NCBI GenBank assembly: GCA_001179505.1
Contig: CDMY01000814.1
Coordinates: forward strand, 1 to 17,813
Direction of reading: 5' to 3'
DNA: 17,813 nt
Source of the DNA: Vitrella brassicaformis CCMP3155
Lineage: Eukaryota; Protista; Chromerida
Under the pieces are notes generated by a model that worked only from the letters and a program-made list of their open reading frames with translations, had not been told where the DNA came from and ran no database searches. Position numbers and translations under genes: made by a program. Within the stretch, counting starts at the first letter, position 1, and each line of letters starts with the position of its first letter. This document shows, piece after piece, positions 12,206-17,813 of the stretch.

Positions 12206-13194
12206 ATGGCGCCGAAGTTTGACCCGAATGAGGTCAAAGTTGGTACGCGGCACGCTGATCTGCCACCTGAGGCAGCCAGGAGATGTGGACTGTCTGTTTC
12301 TGCTGCTTTGTGTGTCTGTGTGTGCAGTGTATCTCCGCCAGGTTGGCGGAGAGGTGGGTGCGTCGTCCGTCCTTGCTCCCAAAGTCGGCCCTCTCGGAAT
12401 GGTAAGCCGCCATGACGTCAGTCAGGAGGCCTGACGGCCTGCAAGGTGGATGGCAGAGAGCCAGGGAGTCCAGCGGAGTGTAGATCTGAGGCACACACGA
12501 GATCACAAGCTGCTGGTTGCTGTCCCTCTGTGTGTGTGCAGTCGCCCAAGAAGATAGGTGACGACATCGCCAAGTCGACTCAGGCGTGGAAGGGTCTTCG
12601 CGTGACAGTGAAGCTGACGATCCAGAACCGGCAGGCCAAGGTGGACGTCGTCCCCAACGCCACCACACTCATCATCAAGGAGCTCAAGGAGCCGCCAAGG
12701 GACAGAAAGAAAGTCAAAAACAGTAAGGAGCTAACCACACCAAACCAGAGGGCTGGGTGGGCGGTGGGGGGCTTCATGGCGCCGCGCCGTATTGGTGTGT
12801 GTGTTGGATTGCTGTGAATGAATGGTTCAGTCAAGCACAGCGGCAACATCTCGAAGGATGCCATTATGAGGATAGCCCGCGAGATGCGTTTCAAGTCCAT
12901 GGCCAAGGAGTTCAAGGGCACCGTCAAGGAAATGCTCGGAACTGCGTAACCAACCACACACACACACACAAGGGCCGCCGATGGACGGCTGTTTTGTTCT
13001 GTTTTGTGTGTCAGCAACGCTGTTGGTTGCACTGTCGACGGCAAGAAGCCCACACAACTACAGGTAGGTGTGATGATAGTCGAGTAGAGAGACAGAATGA
13101 AATGAGCGTGGCCGGCCTCATGTCGTGTTCTGTTGCCCCTTGTGTGCCTCAGGCGGAGATCGACAGCGGCGAGTGGGACATCCCCGACGAGTGA
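12206..13194 (+). CDS. RPL12: 60S ribosomal protein L12 (uL11), 165 aa, 6 exons
   Basis: Seen: exons 12206-12242, 12328-12401, 12542-12722, 12831-12945, 13015-13063, 13153-13194, total 498 nt. Spliced protein [104 protein letters not shown]...[37 protein letters not shown] is a clear eukaryotic uL11. Confidence 0.98.
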
Positions 13195-13757
13195 CTGACT
13201 GATGGCTGCTGAGCCATGGTGATGACACCGACCCAGGCAGACAGACATCTCTGTGTGAGCCTGCTGCCTGTCCGCCGCTTGTGATTGGCTGTGTGGGTGG
13301 ATGGGTCATGACTTCCGAGCGACGTGACATGCCTCTGTGTGTGATGGACCGACCGTGTGTGTCAAAGGAATAAGAGATGAGAGTGCGTCGGTATTGTCTG
13401 CACAGCTTCACACACATCGGACGCATCGCATGCAACACAACACGCACATGGAAGTCCGTCGATAAAGGGAGGGGTTCCATCGGCTCGCTATGGACATGAA
13501 GACACACACAGACTTAGATGGATAGATTCCTCTTCGATGGCTTAAATGCACCCGCCACCCCCATGTGGCCAAAACAAACACTGCGCACACACCGACAGCC
13601 AAATTCGAGTCGCCCCTTCGATACACACACACCCTCGGCCATGCGACATGTCAATGCACCTCAGACACGCCTCGCTCTCACATACAAAAATGTTTGCCTG
13701 TCTCTCTCAGCAGCTGTCACGTCGACTGTGAGTTCGTCATCGTGGATGCGACGGCAC

Positions 13758-14578
13758 TCACCCACTGCCGGCAGGACAGAGAGAGAGAGAGAGAGGGGCG
13801 AGACGGCGCCGGCGAGAAGGACGCATCACTCATGGTGTGTCTGTCTTCTTTCTCTTCCTGCACTGCAGTGTGTAGATCTCCAAATCGGCAGCCGTGAAGT
13901 TGAAGCTGGAGGCCAGCATGGCGTGGCCCTTGTTGTCGATGGTCCCGATGTACTTCTTGTCGGCCGGCAGCTCCTTCTTCTTCACCCACTGCTGGCAGCT
14001 GCGAACATCGCCTGCCGGGCCGTCCACGTCAATCCCCAGCCACAGGCGGCCAGGAGAATCGTCGGTTATGTCACCGATGCACACCATGGCGCGTGCCTCA
14101 CCGCTCTTGTCCTTGACCGCCCCCTGTGTGCCCGCCACCGTCACGTCCTGCTCCTTCTTGGGCAGGTCGATCTTGGTGATGCCGTCGCCCTCGAAGGCAC
14201 CGCACACCGAAAACAGCGACACAGCACAGGGGGTCGTCGCCACTTGAGTGGGGTCGGCGGGCGGAGAGAGTCCGCCCTCGATGTGGGCGGCGATGATGGG
14301 GCCGCTGGGGTCTTTGAGGAGCAGCAGGAGGTCGGTGGCGTCGCCCACATTCTTGATCATGACCTCCTGCTCCCAGCCGTCACACTCACCCCGGGAACAC
14401 ACACACACAGAGGCACCAAGGCAGCAAGGGGACATGATTCACGACAGTCACCAACAGCTTCCCCGTCATCAGGTGCTCACTTGTAGAGTAGTTGTGGCGT
14501 CGCATCCGTCATGCCGGTGACGTCGACGAGTGCCCGCAGGTCAGCCTCAGGCAGGATGGGGTCCGCCGGCACAGCACT
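13758..14578 (-). pseudogene. Second TLDc-like module downstream of the BTB-TLDc stop codon; apparently disabled exons or a readthrough extension
   Basis: Seen: 14578-14481 is in frame directly after the TGA at 14581-14579 (SAVPADPILPEADLRALVDVTGMTDATPQLLYK), followed by donor GTGAGC at 14480. A stop-free 528-nt exon 14391-13864 is clearly paralogous to the first TLDc (PADPT, VSLFSVCGAFE, GITKID, VAGT-GAV, GRLWLG, C-QWV-K-ELPA). Its acceptor reads GTGTGTTCCCG instead of ...CCAG. A terminal mini-exon 13764-13758 is tentative. Confidence 0.65.
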
Positions 14579-16274
14579 TCACACCTGCACAGAGAGAGAG
14601 AAGAAGGATCTCATGATGTCCCCGGCCACTTGTGTGCTCTCTGGTTGATGCCTGGCTGACTGACCTGGAAAACCTCCATCCGCTGGACGGTGAAGTTGCA
14701 GGTCTCAGCACCACAGAGGCTCGCGTGGTTGCTGGTGATGGTCTTGCCCACAAATTTCCTGTTGGCCGGCAGCTCCTCCTTCCACACCCACTGATGACAG
14801 TTGAGAAGGTCGTCACTTGGGCCGTGCTCGCCAAATCCCAGCCACAGGCGGCCGCCAGCGATGGCCACCTTGCCATGTGGCACACCGTTCTCGTTCGTCA
14901 CCGCCCCCTTGGTGCCCGCCACCCACACAGACTGCTGGTCCTGTGGCACGTCGATCTTGGTGATGCCCTCTTCGAACGCACCGCACACCGAGAAGAGCGA
15001 CACGGGGCAGTCGAACAGCAGCTGAGATGTGGGGTCGGCTGGCAGGTGCAGCTTGGTGTCGGCGAAGACTGCGATGGTGTTGGTGGCATTGCACTTGACG
15101 ACGAACAGGAGGCCGCGCCGCCCCACCACACGCTGCACCAAACTTGCATACGACGAACCGTGCAGCGAACTCCTGACACAGCCAGACGTGCCGACGAATG
15201 CATGTAGCATGGCGCTATGGCCCTTCGTTTGTCTGCTCTCACTTGAAGAGGCAGAGTTTCTTTGGCTCCTCCTTGCCGAGCATCTCGAGGAGGGTCTGCA
15301 TGACGTCGTTGGCGAGGATGTTGGGGTACATGGCCCCGAGGACGCCGTACATCTCACTCACACGCACCAGCTCATCCTGGTCGGCACACGAGGGCGGCGG
15401 GACAACGGCGCCATCGGGGGAGAGGCGACACCGACGAGCGAAGTCGACGATCCTGAAGACACCAACAGACGAATAGATGAGCTCTTTTGTTGCCTCTGGT
15501 GGTTGTCTGGGTGCCTACGAGTCGAAGTGGTGTGCAGACACATCGACAACGGGAGTGCGACCATACCTGGACACGCGACACAGGGGAGAAGGAGAGCCAA
15601 TCATCACCAAATCATCCTTCCCCCTTCCCCCCTGTCTGCGCCGTCTTCTCACTTGGTGAATCGGTCGTTGAGTGTGTCGAAGTCGGCCAGAGTGGCATCG
15701 GTGGTCGCCACTGTGCGGCCGTCCACACTCACACTGAGCACCTCCGCCCCTCCCCTGCCTCCCCGGACGGCCGACGACTTGATGAAGACGCCCATCTTGT
15801 CAATGAAACTGCGGAATGCCGATTGGCTCTCGCTGTACCTGTGCGGTCTGTCGATGGCGATGGGCGACTCGGCGAAGAATATGCCGTGGTAGAAGGGGAT
15901 GGGCTGCACGGCGTCGAAGATCTTGATCTCGTCGACCCACCCATGCATCAAACGGGTCAGCTTCTCACACAACCTGACACACACACAAACACAGGGCAGT
16001 GAGTCAATCTGTGTCATTGGCTGCATGCTCCCATCGTCCCTCACCATATGAAGTAGAGTGGGTCTGCGTCGATGAAGATCGTCCCGTCGGCATCATTGAG
16101 CATCCACTCGTCGAACCGGTGCAGCAGCACCGCCACACACGTGCGCCTCAGCCCCTCGCGCAGCAGCACGCCACTCGGGAACGCAATGACATAGCCGCCG
16201 ACGTTGATCTGCGTCACGCCGCCACTCATGCTGCCTCCTGTGGCCTTGCTGCTCGCCGGGGATGGCGCCTCCAT
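14579..16274 (-). CDS. BTB/POZ (KCTD T1-type) + second BTB-like + TLDc-like domain protein, about 440 aa
   Basis: Seen: exons 16274-16045, 15973-15653, 15566-15519, 15452-15243, 15172-14665, 14584-14579 (GTG TGA), phases consistent. BTB motifs QINVGG...GTIFIDADPLYFIWL and LSVSVDGRTVATTDATL...HHFDSIVDFAR. TLDc-like LFKSSLHGSSYASLVQRVVG...LFSVCG...FTVQRMEVFQV. Domain names are inferred from motif resemblance. Confidence 0.85.
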
Positions 16275-16403
16275 GCGGTACCGGTCAGACCGTCAGAGAA
16301 CAGGTGAATCACAAGACGATTTTGTGCGCTGGTGGTGCTGGGGAGGCACACGGCAGCACAAAGCACTTGCGGTTGAGTACACAGTCCCGTTGGGTTCGAT
16401 CAC

Positions 16404-16417
16404 TAGGGTTAGGGTTT
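16404..16417 (-). promoter_or_regulatory. Telo-box-like motif AAACCCTAACCCTA in a divergent intergenic spacer
   Basis: Seen: TAGGGTTAGGGTTT on plus, near the middle of the spacer between ATG 16274 (-) and ATG 16524 (+). Function is inference. Confidence 0.35.
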
Positions 16418-16523
16418 CTCGAATTTCGCGGCCAGCTTTCAAATCACTTTTGGCTCGGTTTCGTGCCTGTTCGGCTCGTTTGGTCATTTCCTCTCTCTCA
16501 TTGATCACTTGCTACCGTTGACC

Positions 16524-17135
16524 ATGGCTGACAGTGGCGGCGGCACCGGCGGGCATCGGTCCCTCACCCTGCGGTGGAACCGTGAGGCGGCTCGGCAGAT
16601 GGGATTGACGGACCCGCCCGATGCAGACACGCCCTACAACGTGAGGCTGCCTGACGCAGACACCATGGAGTTCTTCAAAAACTTCGTCTGCAAAGTCGCT
16701 GCCCGTAAGCACCAAGAGGGAGGCCGACACTCACTCACTCACACGCGAACATAACCCATTTGTGTTGTTTGTTTGACAATTGTTTGTGTTGCTTCTGCTT
16801 GGCGTGTGCAGCTCGTGTTGAGTCTGCTGCACCCTCGTCTTCGCGTCACAATGACACACCGCAGCAGTCGTTGAGCCGCCATGACTCACCCACGCGAGAC
16901 CACAACACAGACACAGACGACGTGAGCCGTGCCAGCAGACACAAAGACACACACAGACAGGCCATTGCTCCTCACTCACTCTGCCCCTCTTCTCTGCATG
17001 TGTGTGTGTGTGATGCAGTATCCGCCGATTGAGTTGACGAGTGACGAGGATGACAGCTACATGTACCCGCCCCTGCCGCCCGGACCGCCGTCGACCCGGC
17101 GCGCAGGTCGACTGGGCCGCAACACTCGTCCGTGA
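16524..17135 (+). CDS. Unknown spliced ORF (about 136 aa) or N-terminal part of a frameshifted chimeric gene
   Basis: Seen: exons 16524-16704, 16812-16921 and 17019-17135 (TGA), with strong splice sites (GTAAGC, GTGTGCAG, GTGAGC, GTGTGATGCAG) and consistent phases. Product MADSGGGTGGHRSLTLRWNREAARQMGLTDPPDADTPYNVRLPDADTMEFFKNFVCKVAAPRVES...YPPIELTSDEDDSYMYPPLPPGPPSTRRAGRLGRNTRP. Confidence 0.6.
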
Positions 17136-17181
17136 GCGGGAGCAGCAGGAGGAGCGCGAGCAGCAGGCGCAGCAGACCATC

Positions 17182-17511
17182 ATGCCCGCGCCGCGCATGA
17201 AGGTGGGCGTCGTCAAGGAGACCGCGACCAAAATGGTGGCCATCGGTATGTAAGCATGCCTGCCAGACAAACAGAGAGAACGAACGAGGGGAGGGGAAGG
17301 ATATGTCGTGTGTCAATGTGCGCATGCTGTGTGTTGGTGTGTGCGTGCAGTTCCCAAGTCCGTGCCGCAGTTGCGTCGGATGGGGTTCGAGGTCGTCGTC
17401 GAGACGAGTGCGGGGGAGTCGGCAGGGTTCAGCGACAGCGACTACATGCTCTGGGGCGCGCAAGTGGCGTCCAAGCAGCACACGATCCAACAGGCAGACA
17501 TCATCGCCAAG
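17182..17511 (+). CDS. NAD(P) transhydrogenase alpha / alanine dehydrogenase N-terminal domain (AlaDh_PNT_N-like), partial
   Basis: Seen: exons 17182(or 17197)-17245 and 17351-17511, intron GTATGT...GTGCAG, next donor GTGCCA at 17512. Spliced MKVGVVKETATKMVAIVPKSVPQLRRMGFEVVVETSAGESAGFSDSDYMLWGAQVASKQHTIQQADIIAK matches the known PntA domain I start pattern (G-x-x-K-E, P-K-x-V-x-x-L, GF-x-V-x-VE-x-x-AG-x-x-A-x-F-x-D, GA-x-V, D-I-I-x-K). No continuation is recognisable in the last 300 nt. Confidence 0.75.
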
Positions 17512-17813
17512 GTGCCACACACACACACACAGAGCAACGCATTTATCTGGCATCCATCCATAGTGGAAACTGTCATTAACCGTAACACTCGTCTGTGTGT
17601 CCGTGATACTCATACAAATACAGTCCCATCAGCACGCAGACTCAAACAGGCTCAAGGAGAGGAGGGATCAATCCCCGCCCCATCAGCACACCCCAGTCCC
17701 GCAAACCCTCCCCTCCCTCCCCCACGCAGACAGAAGCTAGTCGCACGCGCGAGGGCGATAGACAAGCGAGAGCGAATCCATCCAGACACATGACTGAACC
17801 CCCGACCCTTCCA

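Noticed and set aside
12402-13152. Possible intronic box C/D snoRNAs in RPL12 introns (GTGATGA near 13069, CTGA near 12486)
   Set aside because: No intron has both a good C box and a downstream D box with terminal stem.
13518-14486. Long plus-strand ORF (322 aa), and similar antisense ORFs such as 15029-15892, 11065-11814 and 12580-13248
   Set aside because: They lie opposite well-supported spliced genes. GC-rich coding DNA commonly leaves antisense frames open, and the translations have no recognisable motifs and read through intron microsatellites.
16360-16410. GGTTCGATC resembling a tRNA T-loop or B-box
   Set aside because: No cloverleaf, acceptor stem or properly spaced A-box could be formed.
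16293-16508. 71-aa minus ORF upstream of the BTB gene as a possible extra exon
   Set aside because: It ends in a stop, has no in-phase donor/acceptor link to 16274, is AT-richer than coding exons, and lies in the divergent promoter spacer.

Overview
GC-rich eukaryotic DNA, gene-dense, with many short (57-140 nt) GT-AG introns. The intron style ((GT)n tracts before acceptors, GTGAG/GTCAG donors) and gene families suggest a chromerid alveolate such as Vitrella; this is inference, not a database result. The ORF track is misleading here because almost all real genes are spliced. I rebuilt gene models by hand and checked exon phases. In order: a partial membrane-anchored protein (-); an F-box-like multi-TM protein (-); a 10-exon JMJD7-like JmjC oxygenase (-) head-to-head with a His/Lys-rich protein (+); an 8-exon alpha/beta hydrolase (-) head-to-head with 6-exon RPL12 (+); and a BTB-BTB-TLDc gene (-) head-to-head with an unknown spliced ORF (+) that runs, one frame off, into a transhydrogenase-alpha (PntA)-like N-terminal fragment. 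No rRNA, tRNA, CRISPR or transposase was seen. I cannot claim a new biological system. The most unusual signals are (1) a second, otherwise intact TLDc module in frame behind a single TGA, with a CG where its splice acceptor AG should be, and (2) the +1-shifted unknown/PntA-like chimera. A 111-bp duplicated element, complementary (AC)n/(GT)n intron ends and compact divergent promoters are also worth checking.
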